This document shows, one piece after another, positions 39,307 to 54,111 of a stretch of 64,000 nucleotides of DNA. This stretch comes from a virus. Every line of letters starts with the position of its first letter. Position 1 is the stretch's first letter. The stretch lies in IMG/VR virus record IMGVR_UViG_3300035698_012898, positions 1-64,000 of that record. One strand, 5' to 3'. The position numbers and the translations under genes were made by a program. The notes beneath the pieces are model-generated. The model did no database searches. It was not told the origin of the DNA and saw only the letters and a list, made by a program, of their open reading frames with translations.

Positions 39307-40065
39307 TTAACCATCTTTGACAGCCACCCATCCTGCGAAGTTCATCCAACGCCAGAAACAATCAACGCTATGAAAACCCGCACCACGTAAGGCTTCCTCA
39401 TTCCACTTTGCTGTAAGAGGCACAAGGACACCTTCAAGAGATAACCGCTTCCGTTCAATCTGCGACTCCGTGTAATCATTATCACGCTTCATTCCGTAAT
39501 ACAGATCAACCATCGTCTGGTCAAGCAAGGCATCTGCGCCAATCACTTTTTCAACAAGAATAAGTACGCCACCAGGTACAGTAGACTTGTATATGTCTGA
39601 TAGAATCCGAAGCCTATGCTCAATAGGTGTAAACTGCAACACGAGAACCGCCAACGTAACACTAGCTTCTTCTTGCTCTAATGGGTATCCAGTCCGTAAA
39701 TCAAACTTGGATATCTTTACTAGCCCCTGCTCAATGCCTGCCTTGAACCGCATATTACATGCTGCAAGCATAGGCTCACTTACATCGACACCAATGAACC
39801 TATAATCCCTACCAAGGTGGTGATCTGCACCAAACCGATCCACTAATGGTGCAAGGGCTTCCCCACGACTACACCCCAGATCAAGCATCGTAGTATTAGG
39901 TTGCTGAAATCGCACCGCCAAGTTGAAGACGGACTTCCGCATAACGGCATATTGCGGAATAGACCGTTGCAACATGTCATCAAAAACACGCGCAACATCA
40001 CCGTCAAACTTCCAAGGCCCGTTCGGGTCTACAGCATCTACGATACTATTCTTGTCTACACTCAT
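39307..40065 (-). CDS. cmoA: CmoA-like carboxy-S-adenosyl-L-methionine synthase
   Basis: WKFDGDVARVFDDMLQRSIPQY, LDLGCSRG, LQF, LVEK, KR.N.Y...I..KR..LEGVL, WMNF. Confidence 0.85.
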   Translation of the reverse strand: MSVDKNSIVDAVDPNGPWKFDGDVARVFDDMLQRSIPQYAVMRKSVFNLAVRFQQPNTTMLDLGCSRGEALAPLVDRFGADHHLGRDYRFIGVDVSEPMLAACNMRFKAGIEQGLVKISKFDLRTGYPLEQEEASVTLAVLVLQFTPIEHRLRILSDIYKSTVPGGVLILVEKVIGADALLDQTMVDLYYGMKRDNDYTESQIERKRLSLEGVLVPLTAKWNEEALRGAGFHSVDCFWRWMNFAGWVAVKDG

Positions 40066-40068
40066 GGC

Positions 40069-40887
40069 TTAGAACTCCTCAGCATCTAGCCAGCCGTACA
40101 ACGCATTCTCTGTCACGTCTTGCGTCATCACGCAGAAAATATCCTGCACCCGCTTGTCCACTTCAGACGGCTTGTAGTTCTTACCAATATACCACCCAAG
40201 GTATGAATCCGTAGAAACGGCCAGCTTCTTAAAATACATCTGCATCATAAAGCGTTCAAACGATTCCTGCTGAAGAAACCCCGGATAAACATGGCTATGT
40301 TTCCATGGCCCGTATCCCAAGTTAACCTCTGGCTTCGGATAAGATAAGACGAAAAGTCCACCATGCACCAGCATCCGCTTCACGTGCGCTACCATGAAGT
40401 ACGGATTCGATAGGTGCTCTATAGTTCCCGTGCAAAACGCAACGTCCACACTGTTGTCTTCCCAAGGAAGGGCATCATGAGATGCATCCAGTACTTCAAC
40501 CTGGAAGTCTATTTTATTCTTCTTAACGTTAGCTGTTACGGGCACAGTCTTAGTGCCCACCCATGGCCGAAGCGGACACACAGCCCGATCACAAAGCTCA
40601 GAGGCTCGCATATGGTCACACAAGCGTTCACGTGACAGCGGAGAAATGTCAACTGCATATATTCGTTGGCAACCAATTTCAAGAAGCCGTAAGAGTAAGT
40701 TACCTTGTCCGTAGCCAACTTCAAGACAACGGGTTTGTTCCGTAAGCTGGTACTTGATCAAGCTCGCTAGCTTTCCAACTCCTTGAGCATCTTGGCCAAT
40801 GCCGCCTGTCCGCGTAGAATGTGAAATTACGCCAGTTGGTTGTATCTTATGTATATTATGTGCGCCTTGTGGTGCTATCCTTAACAT
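40069..40887 (-). CDS. Class I SAM-dependent methyltransferase
   Basis: LEVGYGQG, AVDIS, LPWEDNSVD, IEHL.NP, GG. Confidence 0.85.
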   Translation of the reverse strand: MLRIAPQGAHNIHKIQPTGVISHSTRTGGIGQDAQGVGKLASLIKYQLTEQTRCLEVGYGQGNLLLRLLEIGCQRIYAVDISPLSRERLCDHMRASELCDRAVCPLRPWVGTKTVPVTANVKKNKIDFQVEVLDASHDALPWEDNSVDVAFCTGTIEHLSNPYFMVAHVKRMLVHGGLFVLSYPKPEVNLGYGPWKHSHVYPGFLQQESFERFMMQMYFKKLAVSTDSYLGWYIGKNYKPSEVDKRVQDIFCVMTQDVTENALYGWLDAEEF

Positions 40888-40890
40888 AGT

Positions 40891-41757
40891 CTATACCTTT
40901 CTAAAGATTGTTTCACCTCGGGCATCTGTATCTTCCAAGACAAACCCGCAGCTCACCACAGCCTTTGTCCACTCCCCAAGATGGTGACTATAATGCTCGT
41001 GAATCTGTAAGTGACTCGGGTCACGCCCATTATCTGAATTGAAGAACGTACAGATGTGTGCAATCGCACCAGGACGCATTGCCTTCGCTAAAGAGGCTAC
41101 CTCCGCTACCGGATCTGGGATATGTTCCATCACATCAAGACTACTCACGTAGTCAAACTTAATGTCTGTCGTCTCCCAAAACGGAGGACCGCCGTTCGGG
41201 TCTACAAGATAAAACGTAACATCAAACTCTCCGTCACTGTACTTGGCCAACCCCATCTGCAACAACGTAAGAAGCTTTGATTGAAAGTCATATAAGCAAA
41301 CCTTCGCTTGCGGATAGTTATCGGCTACACCTAAACCGATACGGCCTACCCGACATCCGTGATCAAGAAACGTGAACTTCCCTTCAGTCTGACCAGCAAT
41401 ACGTTCCAGTAGTGGAGAAGTATGTTCTGACCCCGCACTTATCAATGGGGCAAGAAATCCTGGACCGGGAGGCAAACCATTCACAGCGATAACCCTAGCC
41501 ATAAGGTCACCGCCGTAAAATTCCGCCATAGTCTTTGGCAATAGATTGCCCCCTTGTTCCGTCAGATCATTAAACAAGTTCCGAAATAGCTCTGGCTGAT
41601 CTCCCCACGTATACTTTCTTTCTTCCATGATACAGCGGACAGGTTCCAAAAAGGCAGCGTAAGTTCCACCAGTTACTTCTTTCCAATCCGCATCTGTGAT
41701 GTCTCCAAGTAAACCAATCATAAGACTGTACACATCCTCTTTAGTTTGTGAACACAC
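40891..41757 (-). CDS. Class I SAM-dependent transferase
   Basis: FLDHGCRVG, LYD, DVMEHIPDP, RPGA. Confidence 0.8.
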   Translation of the reverse strand: MCSQTKEDVYSLMIGLLGDITDADWKEVTGGTYAAFLEPVRCIMEERKYTWGDQPELFRNLFNDLTEQGGNLLPKTMAEFYGGDLMARVIAVNGLPPGPGFLAPLISAGSEHTSPLLERIAGQTEGKFTFLDHGCRVGRIGLGVADNYPQAKVCLYDFQSKLLTLLQMGLAKYSDGEFDVTFYLVDPNGGPPFWETTDIKFDYVSSLDVMEHIPDPVAEVASLAKAMRPGAIAHICTFFNSDNGRDPSHLQIHEHYSHHLGEWTKAVVSCGFVLEDTDARGETIFRKV

Positions 41758-42716
41758 GTACGATTAAGACGGCTTTCCAGCGGAAAGGCACTTTCTTCAT
41801 ACTCTGTTCCATGTGGAACAAGTGTATTCACGATAGTCTCTGGTATTGGATTAAGATACAACTCTGCTGTATGATCAAACGGATGTATAAATTCAGGAAC
41901 ACCCCACTTTGCGTCATAGTGCTTACGAGAATCATCCATCCGCTTTGTCGTATCAATTAAAGCCGCCTGCTCACTAAACGTCCTAGAACATGCATGGTAT
42001 GTTCGCGGCCACGGAATGCCCAATGAAAACATTCCGGCTTTTCCACACCGCGCACCAAAATCCGACTCTTCAAAGAAGGATATAAACTGTTCATCAAAAG
42101 GCCCTACATCCTGATATGTACTTGCAAGCGTAGCAAAACCCGATCCATTTGGGGAGAGAGTACGTAATACCTTTGCTAGTTCCCACCCTGATGAAGAAGA
42201 AACAAACTTCCGTGGTGCTGCTGGCGCAAAACCAAAAGTCCTATCCCAAAGCAAAGGAGCCATCGTCGCCAACAGTTGCTTTATCCCCTCCGCAGGCGGC
42301 TGTATCGGATTCCAGTACACACTTCCTACCTTGCCACTTTTCTGATTACTTAGCAGAGCGTACACAGCGCAAGTAAGCCATTGGGGCGGCACAAGCATAT
42401 CGTTATTGAGAAAAACAAAAACACCGCAATCAGTTTTTTGCCCCACACGAGCAATGGAATTCCAAGCAGCAGCAACACCTTGATTCTTCGGATGTATAAT
42501 GAGACGCGCTCTATGAGTAGCACACAAATCAGCTAGCTCCTTAGCCTGCTCCGCATCCCAGGATGACCCGTCATCAACGACAACCACCCTGTAGTGTCTA
42601 TACAACGTGTAATCCCGAATGCACTCCAGGAGCAGCCGTACATAATAGGTATCATTAAACACAGGGATACCGATACAAACGCGCACCTCCTGGTCATAAA
42701 GTTCTTCGTTTGTCAT
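41718..42716 (-). CDS. GT2 glycosyltransferase
   Basis: IGIPVFN, VVDDGS, NQGVAAAWN, FLNND, FDEQF..EESD. Confidence 0.92.
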   Translation of the reverse strand: MTNEELYDQEVRVCIGIPVFNDTYYVRLLLECIRDYTLYRHYRVVVVDDGSSWDAEQAKELADLCATHRARLIIHPKNQGVAAAWNSIARVGQKTDCGVFVFLNNDMLVPPQWLTCAVYALLSNQKSGKVGSVYWNPIQPPAEGIKQLLATMAPLLWDRTFGFAPAAPRKFVSSSSGWELAKVLRTLSPNGSGFATLASTYQDVGPFDEQFISFFEESDFGARCGKAGMFSLGIPWPRTYHACSRTFSEQAALIDTTKRMDDSRKHYDAKWGVPEFIHPFDHTAELYLNPIPETIVNTLVPHGTEYEESAFPLESRLNRTCVHKLKRMCTVL

Positions 42717-43732
42717 AGCTCTACTTCTGCCGGTTCTAAGACATTCAGTTTTGCCAGCTTCTTCGGGTCCATTGGCATCGGAATCTCTTCATAAGACTTA
42801 CCAGTAACGTTAAGAACCTTCACCTTCGTCTTTGGGATCGGATGAAGATACTTCTCCGTAACATACGTGAACGGTAGATGGTTTGCTTGCATAACTTTCG
42901 GTACGTTCCACGTCTCAATGAATCGTTGCTTGGATTCCTTAAACCACTGGGCAACCGGTAAATTAGCCCCCTGCTCTACGAATGTCCGTGACATTGCATG
43001 GTACGTCCTGGGAAAAGGCAAGCCAAGGGAGAACCGGCCTAACGCACCACAGCCTACACCAAAGCTACTCTCCTCATGAAAAGCATGCATCTGCTCATCA
43101 AAGCCACCGACCTCTTCGTACACTTCGGGCAACACGGCAAACGCAGTTCCATTAGGAGCAAGGACACGAGCAGTCCCCCAACAGTATGCCAAAAAGAATT
43201 CCGTAGGATATGCCTCCATTGGAAAGTAACCAGTATGCCCATTCAATGTAATAAATGGAAAAGCCGTATGCCAAAGCTGATGAGCCATGATACCCATCTG
43301 CTCTTTAATGCTGTTAGGCGGAATACAAATAGGCTCCCAGTACACGCTACCTATTCGATTGCTTTCTTTGTTCTCCAATAGAGCGTACACACCACAGGCA
43401 AGCCATTGCGGAGGAACCATTACGTCACTGTTAAGAAAGACAAGAACGTCAGCACCGTCTTTAATACCCTGCTTCGCCAACGTGTTCCAAGAAGCTGCTA
43501 CACCACGATTTTCTTTATGACGAATAAAGTGCGTTTTGGTTACAGCACAAAACCGCTCAACCGCAGCAGACCGTTCCTTGATCGGCGACCCATCGTCAAC
43601 GACCACAATCTGATAGTTCTCGTACAAGGTGTACCATCGGATCGTGTTGATCAAGAACTGGAGATAATCCACGTCATTATAGACCGGAATACCTATGCTA
43701 ACCTTTGCATCGCCTTTGTAGTAATTACTCAT
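42713..43732 (-). CDS. GT2 glycosyltransferase (paralog of 41718..42716)
   Basis: IGIPVYN, VVDDGS, NRGVAASWN, FLNSD, GGFDEQ. Confidence 0.92.
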   Translation of the reverse strand: MSNYYKGDAKVSIGIPVYNDVDYLQFLINTIRWYTLYENYQIVVVDDGSPIKERSAAVERFCAVTKTHFIRHKENRGVAASWNTLAKQGIKDGADVLVFLNSDVMVPPQWLACGVYALLENKESNRIGSVYWEPICIPPNSIKEQMGIMAHQLWHTAFPFITLNGHTGYFPMEAYPTEFFLAYCWGTARVLAPNGTAFAVLPEVYEEVGGFDEQMHAFHEESSFGVGCGALGRFSLGLPFPRTYHAMSRTFVEQGANLPVAQWFKESKQRFIETWNVPKVMQANHLPFTYVTEKYLHPIPKTKVKVLNVTGKSYEEIPMPMDPKKLAKLNVLEPAEVEL

Positions 43733-43747
43733 GCGCTTATGTCTTCC

Positions 43748-48426
<4,679 letters not shown>

Positions 48427-48465
48427 GATCTATATCATCCTCATTATAAGATACAACTGAAACTG

Positions 48466-49482
48466 CTAATCTCCGTACCTGTCTGCAGTCGTATCCGTGT
48501 TGACCCCAGACGCTTTAACGATAGCATCTCCTTCTTCATAAACGAAGTCTGTCCGCATGTGGATAGTACCTTCATCCGTATCACTTCGCGGCACACGCTC
48601 CCACTCAACCGTGAGATCACGTTGCACCACATAAATGAAGTTGTTCGGATCAGCAAGGTAAACGATTGACCCTGTATCACCAGACGTACCAGTGATGGTC
48701 AAATCCTCGGGCATCAACGGAATCGCAAGCGGCTGAATACCGAGAATCGGCGGCAGCATCCCTGTCTTACGAAGCTGATCACCAAGGTCAGTAGATCGAC
48801 CACCCCATTCCTCCGCCAAATCAAGAACAGCATTCGTGTTCATGAACCATCGGAGTTGATTAAGGTTACGCCGCCACTTAGTCGGCATCGTCCGAAGCAT
48901 ATAAACCAGCAACGCAAACGAAATCCGATGACCAGCGGCATCAACATCATGAACAGCAGAGTCTGCTGCCGTCAAAGTATCAAAGCCATCATTAGTCTTC
49001 AACAGGTTAGCTAAATCTGTTGCACCTGCGGTCGTGGTATCACCCTCGAAAGCAAGCTGCTCCATGTCATTCGCAACTTGTTTGACGATGGTTCCCATGA
49101 TCGTATTACGCCCTGCGGCACCTTCAATGTTATCCTCTTGGACTTCACCTGAGATGTCAATAGCGGATACGGTCTTAACCGTGTTATACGTAACAACAGA
49201 ATTCGACGGCTTCTTAGTGTTCGTCGCCGCCGTACTCTCGGTCGCCTTCCCTGTAATTGGCCCTGTAATAGACAGCTTGCTGATATCACCAGCCGGAGCA
49301 TCAGTACGATGCACCCGAATGTTTCGCAGCAAAACAGACTCATCTACAACCTGGTCAATAAACCTGTCCGCGTCCTCACGTTTCAGTGATCGCGCATTCA
49401 AGTCACTAAGCGTCATGGCCGACTTCTGAACAAGGTCTAAACCAAGAGCCTCGGCTAAAAGTTCCATATGTGTTCGCGTCAT
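48466..49482 (-). CDS. Major capsid protein (HK97 fold)
   Basis: ADRFIDQV..S.LL, EDNIEG, ANDMEQLAFEGD, NDGF; AAGGAGGT RBS. Confidence 0.93.
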   Translation of the reverse strand: MTRTHMELLAEALGLDLVQKSAMTLSDLNARSLKREDADRFIDQVVDESVLLRNIRVHRTDAPAGDISKLSITGPITGKATESTAATNTKKPSNSVVTYNTVKTVSAIDISGEVQEDNIEGAAGRNTIMGTIVKQVANDMEQLAFEGDTTTAGATDLANLLKTNDGFDTLTAADSAVHDVDAAGHRISFALLVYMLRTMPTKWRRNLNQLRWFMNTNAVLDLAEEWGGRSTDLGDQLRKTGMLPPILGIQPLAIPLMPEDLTITGTSGDTGSIVYLADPNNFIYVVQRDLTVEWERVPRSDTDEGTIHMRTDFVYEEGDAIVKASGVNTDTTADRYGD

Positions 49483-49594
49483 TTACATTCACCTCCTTTC
49501 CCTTAGATATCAGCAACGCCACTTCTTGCTGCTATGCTCAGGTGAGATGAACGTTATAGAACAGCTACACGACCAGCCATCCTATCTCTTAACA

Positions 49595-51025
49595 CTAATG
49601 CCCTTTCCGAACATCATCGGGAATCATCTGGCGTGATAGCACATCCAAGTGAACTGCTTTCCTTTTCTCCGGAGACAACTCCGCCAAGGCACTCTTTACG
49701 GCAGCAACAGCCGTTACACTAACGTCAGATTCAAGCGTCGGATCATCAACAAGAATGGCCTTTTTATCGGCAGGGGCCTTCTCCAAAGAACCAACGCGCT
49801 TCTCTAACCCACTGACGCCTTCACCAAGTGTGTCAACACTGGCTGCAAGCTTAGTGAGTAAATCAACGACCTGCTGATTCTCCGCAGGCACAGCCTCAGC
49901 CTGCGTCTTTTCTTCCGCCAAACGCAAGCCTTCTGCCTCATCGGCAGTAGCCTTTGCAGCCACATCCGCAGCAACCTTTGCCGCTACTTCTGCTTTCTGC
50001 TTCTCTTCCTCGGACTCAACCGGCTCTTCCAGAACCTTCATACGCCTATCGAGCGCACCAAGGGTTTCTGTAAAAGTACCGAGTTTACCGCCCAGATTCT
50101 CCAACTTCGCCAGGAGTTGTTTTGCCGTCTCGTTTTCCACGTCTACATCACCTCCCTTCGACTCGTTAATCACTACGGGAACCGCAGCAACCAAGGTATC
50201 ACATAATGCAAGCATATTACGCTCACGGTCTGTAAGCTGATTCACATCTTCATCGGGCTGCTTGATCGTACCAAGCACCCGCGTAAGCTCTTTAATAGCA
50301 TCCAGGTCCAAGTCAGCAACGTCACCCGCAATGGATTCTATGCGTAGCTTTTTACCTATCTGAAACAATGCTCGTTGGTTTGCCGGGATGTTGACCAAGC
50401 TAACCTCGAACAAGTCCACTTTGGCAATTGCTCCGTTAGCCCGACGATGCACAAGCCCTTGCCAAGAAAAAGCGTTTAACCGGCCTTCCCTGACGAGCTT
50501 AATTATTTCCGGCTCCATGATTCCACATACAACCCAAAGCCCCCTTGCTCCGTCAGTCACATGGAAACCGTCATCCTTCACGGTATGGAATGGAGCATCA
50601 GTTTCTAAGTCAACCAGAGTGATTACGCCGTTCTCTTTGTCATACAAAACACGAACAGCCGTAGCTTGCTCAGTAACGCCAACGCTAATACCGTTTCCTT
50701 GCGGAGTAAGCCAAAGCTGATGATTAACCCAAACTTGGCGGGTCTCCATGTAGGTCTTCAGATCAAACAAACGAGGATCAAATGCATCACCCTCCCGGTC
50801 CTTGTTTGACATGCTCATAAACCCACTAATGATCACGGATTCTGTCTCAGCTTTTTCCGTCGCCTTTAGAACAGTCGAGACAAACCGGCTGCTAAACATA
50901 ACACGTTCTTGCGTAACTACATCTGAAGGATCAACCTCTAACAGCACGTTAGGAGTGCCGTCAGGAAAAGCACTTGCAGGCCCGGCATCCCCTTTTGTCT
51001 TCACGCTTTCTACAGTAACTGTCAT
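49595..51025 (-). CDS. Prohead protease-scaffold fusion
   Basis: ISGFMS...DREGD, NH, G.LNAFS, LFEVSLVNIPANQRA; acidic coiled-coil C-terminus. Confidence 0.9.
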   Translation of the reverse strand: MTVTVESVKTKGDAGPASAFPDGTPNVLLEVDPSDVVTQERVMFSSRFVSTVLKATEKAETESVIISGFMSMSNKDREGDAFDPRLFDLKTYMETRQVWVNHQLWLTPQGNGISVGVTEQATAVRVLYDKENGVITLVDLETDAPFHTVKDDGFHVTDGARGLWVVCGIMEPEIIKLVREGRLNAFSWQGLVHRRANGAIAKVDLFEVSLVNIPANQRALFQIGKKLRIESIAGDVADLDLDAIKELTRVLGTIKQPDEDVNQLTDRERNMLALCDTLVAAVPVVINESKGGDVDVENETAKQLLAKLENLGGKLGTFTETLGALDRRMKVLEEPVESEEEKQKAEVAAKVAADVAAKATADEAEGLRLAEEKTQAEAVPAENQQVVDLLTKLAASVDTLGEGVSGLEKRVGSLEKAPADKKAILVDDPTLESDVSVTAVAAVKSALAELSPEKRKAVHLDVLSRQMIPDDVRKGH

Positions 51026-51082
51026 GGCGCAAATCCTCCTACCAATAGCAGCAAAAATGCACAACGCATTACTTCATAGCCA

Positions 51083-51112
51083 GTTCTACACCAGATGCGA
51101 GGTCCGTGTCAA
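51083..51112 (-). promoter_or_regulatory. Putative promoter for protease/capsid operon
   Basis: TTGACA-N18-TAGAAC; shares ACTTGACAC...ATCTGGT with the portal promoter. Confidence 0.45.
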
Positions 51113-51126
51113 GTGGAATCTGTTGA

Positions 51127-51336
51127 CTACTTCTTTGGTGCCTTCTCAAACCGAATACCATTGTCTCCTGAAAAGGGCTTCAGATGCTTGTTACGCCCGT
51201 ACGCAATCTCGTCAGGAATGCCGTCCGGAAATGCAGCGCACCAAACGAACTCAGTTGCCTCCTTGTCCTCGTCTTTTCGCTTGACCCCACCGAAATGATG
51301 ACACCGCCTACCATAACATTTAGGCTCACTAATCAT
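51127..51336 (-). CDS. Small Cys/His protein, putative MuF-toxin immunity protein
   Basis: C...C.HF...WCAAFPDGIP..I..G...H..P..GDNGIRFE; ATGA-coupled to MuF gene. Confidence 0.6.
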   Translation of the reverse strand: MISEPKCYGRRCHHFGGVKRKDEDKEATEFVWCAAFPDGIPDEIAYGRNKHLKPFSGDNGIRFEKAPKK

Positions 51337-53252
51337 AGCCCCTCCGTTATCTTTCGAACATCTCCCAAGGCAGCAGTCATATAATCATGCAGCTCCTTAG
51401 TCAATGTGTTCTTTGGGCTCGTCCCATACAGAGGCGACGTAAAGGCTGAAACAGCCTCTGACCATGCTTCTTTTGGCGACGAGGCACTGTACTCTGATAG
51501 GTTCTTTCTCCACCAATGTGCTGGCTTAGATTTTACAAACTCTCGCCAGGATTGCAACCCACGCGCCGGAAGCATCTCTGTGGTTGCCCAATGCCCGAGC
51601 TCATGCCGTAAGGAACCTACGGCGTCCCTCCCAGTCACGGTAAATGATCCAATATTCAGCACAGGCACTTTACTACGTTGACCGGCAGCAAGCTGTATGT
51701 ATGCGTCTATCAGGCTCCCATCCGGATCGAGAAGACTGACATAACGCCCCGCCTGACCAAGACTACCCCCCTTAAACTTAGGCAACTGCCAATCTCGGAA
51801 TAGTTCAAGCCTAGATATAGGAACGCCATCTCCAAAGCCGCTTGCCAACATTCGGTCTAGCCTTGGATGCTGTAGTAGCATTCGCTCCATATCGGCCCCC
51901 AACTCGCTCACAAGCGCATTAAACTTATCTACAGGCATCCCACGATTGACTACGTTCTGAATATACAACTGCTCTTCAAAACGTGTAGCGCGTTCTTCTG
52001 CCGTCAATGATCGCCACGTATTCAGCAGGTCATCTACTTCCGGCGCGGCTGGTACATCAGGAGCAACATCAACAGGTTTGGGCTTTGGCTTGGGTTTCAC
52101 AAGCGGCGGTGTCACACGTGAAGGAACAGGCTTCGCCCCCACGGCACCTACACGCCCTCTAAGTAGCACCGGCCCCGAAGTGCAACGACAATTAAATGGA
52201 TCTTCGTTACCGCTTCCAGCATCCGTTGACCCGTCGCCGGAGAACTGTTGGTCCATAGGAATCGGACCATCTGCGTCATTATCCCCGTGCGTCAACCTAG
52301 CAGGTGGCGCAGGGCCATTCATCCAGAACCACTGCTTCCCGTCCATACCCGCCGACTTGCCTATCGACATCAGAGCGTCATTCTGGACAACAACGGCTTC
52401 TGTTCGTGACCAGAGCATCAGCTTGCTTTTCGATAGCTCTGGTAACGTACCAGAATACTTGGCTGCCAAGTCTACGCCTATCTTCTTAGCAAGTGCCTCT
52501 GCCCCAAGTGCACCACCCGCACGTTCGTACATTTCCTTGCGGATTGTATCACGCAAAGTCTCAAACATTGCATCATCGAAACCGCCTATCGTAATCAGGT
52601 TCATCCGTGCTGCAATGGTGTTCGCCAACTCCGGCATAGCTTCAAGACCAATACGTATCAGCAACCAGTCTTCTAAGTTGAAAGCGTCACCAACCTGCTT
52701 TGATACCCAGACGATAGCCTTCTCCGCGAAAGCATCTTGAAATTTGACTACTCCTGAAATAGCCCGTGCTGCTGACTCCCACAAAAGGAAGTACGCCCCC
52801 ATAACAATATCAGGAAGTGCCTCGAATTCCGCCCCGGATGCATCTGCTGCTTCTCGTAAGGCTTGCCCAATAACACGCTCATCTCTAGTTGTTCTACGAA
52901 GGTGCTCACGTATTCGTCTTTGCACCTGTCTATCCGTATCGCCTTTCTTACGGAGAGAATGATACAGGTTTGCACTATCTACGGCTAGACGATCCATTGC
53001 ACCTGACGTTTGCATACGCTGTAACGTCTTAGCAAACTGGTCTTGCGCAAGAGTGCCTAGTTCCCCCATAAACTTATGGCCAATACGATCACGTTCTACG
53101 CGAGCAAGGGCGTATGCTACACCAAGACGACGGTTCATCTTGCGTGCGTCTAAAGCAGACTGTTTCTTGACAAAACCTGACACAGCAGACAAGGCTAGGA
53201 AGGATGCTCCTAGCCGTTGTCGTACTGCTCGTTCTCTTGCAGGTTCTACCAT
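51333..53252 (-). CDS. MuF/SPP1 gp7-like head morphogenesis protein with C-terminal zinc metallopeptidase-like domain
   Basis: SRTE, KQW, R.TH, PFNCRC (MuF); Pro/Lys linker; HELGH...SEYS....EAWSE. Confidence 0.85.
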   Translation of the reverse strand: MVEPARERAVRQRLGASFLALSAVSGFVKKQSALDARKMNRRLGVAYALARVERDRIGHKFMGELGTLAQDQFAKTLQRMQTSGAMDRLAVDSANLYHSLRKKGDTDRQVQRRIREHLRRTTRDERVIGQALREAADASGAEFEALPDIVMGAYFLLWESAARAISGVVKFQDAFAEKAIVWVSKQVGDAFNLEDWLLIRIGLEAMPELANTIAARMNLITIGGFDDAMFETLRDTIRKEMYERAGGALGAEALAKKIGVDLAAKYSGTLPELSKSKLMLWSRTEAVVVQNDALMSIGKSAGMDGKQWFWMNGPAPPARLTHGDNDADGPIPMDQQFSGDGSTDAGSGNEDPFNCRCTSGPVLLRGRVGAVGAKPVPSRVTPPLVKPKPKPKPVDVAPDVPAAPEVDDLLNTWRSLTAEERATRFEEQLYIQNVVNRGMPVDKFNALVSELGADMERMLLQHPRLDRMLASGFGDGVPISRLELFRDWQLPKFKGGSLGQAGRYVSLLDPDGSLIDAYIQLAAGQRSKVPVLNIGSFTVTGRDAVGSLRHELGHWATTEMLPARGLQSWREFVKSKPAHWWRKNLSEYSASSPKEAWSEAVSAFTSPLYGTSPKNTLTKELHDYMTAALGDVRKITEGL

Positions 53253-53354
53253 TCAGACCTACTTCGTTATTGCCTTCTTCTCAGACATTGCACCTTCCCT
53301 AACAACGGCATTAACTTTATCATCCTTCATCACATATTCTCCTTTTCATCCTTC

Positions 53355-53765
53355 TTACTTCCCTTTTTTCTTCGGCATCGGTGGAACTTTAGGTATATGC
53401 GGAATGTAGCCTTCTTTCTTTGGCTTGCTGCGCCACAACGTTCGCACCCATGCCCACAACGGTCCCGTTACAAATGCAGCAAACGCTACGAGCACAGCGT
53501 CCTGCTCAATACCCCAAGGTAACGTACCTGGCCAAGCGTTACGAATGAACACCAGTATCCCGGCAACACCACCGCCACCTGCAGCTGTAACCACAGCCGT
53601 ACTGCGTACTGTCGCCATAGCAGGCGACTTCGGTTCCTTCTTCAGTTTCTTCCGCTCATACCGCATAGACGTACGCATGTTCTTCCCACGATCCTTTTTC
53701 GGTGACGACCCAAGATAAGCACGCCACCCTTTCCAACCTGCTCGTATTAGTCGCAAAGGTTTCAT
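53355..53765 (-). CDS. Basic two-TM membrane protein (holin-like)
   Basis: Two hydrophobic helices, Lys-rich termini; start uncertain. Confidence 0.55.
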   Translation of the reverse strand: MKPLRLIRAGWKGWRAYLGSSPKKDRGKNMRTSMRYERKKLKKEPKSPAMATVRSTAVVTAAGGGGVAGILVFIRNAWPGTLPWGIEQDAVLVAFAAFVTGPLWAWVRTLWRSKPKKEGYIPHIPKVPPMPKKKGK

Positions 53766-53778
53766 GGTGTTACACCTG

Positions 53779-54111
53779 CTACGCTGGCGGAACGACCAAC
53801 CCAAGATTGACGATCTGCGTGGCAACCGTTTCAAGCAACGCTCGTAACGCTGCCTGTTCAGCCGCATCCTGTGCCGCTTCAATCTGCCCAGTCAAAACCG
53901 TATACTGTCCAAACAACGCAGCCGCTATCGGCGCAATGTCTGCTACGGCCTGCAAGGCTTCCGTATCCACGCTTACCGTCGTCGTTGCACCATCAGGACT
54001 GAGCGAACTCGTTGCACAACCAGGAAGCACGTATACACCAAATGCCAGCAACGCAATCACAACCACCGAAGGTAACGACGCAAAAGCCCAATTCCGTAAC
54101 GTCTTCTTCAT
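53779..54111 (-). CDS. Lipoprotein
   Basis: MKK..hydrophobic..VLPG-C lipobox, AAGGAG RBS. Confidence 0.65.
   Translation of the reverse strand: MKKTLRNWAFASLPSVVVIALLAFGVYVLPGCATSSLSPDGATTTVSVDTEALQAVADIAPIAAALFGQYTVLTGQIEAAQDAAEQAALRALLETVATQIVNLGLVVPPA

Noticed and set aside
40839-40866. dif-like site GGCGCACATAA-TATACA-TAAGATACAAC
   Set aside because: XerC-like arm matches 9/11 but the XerD arm is poor, and it lies inside a coding region; probably chance
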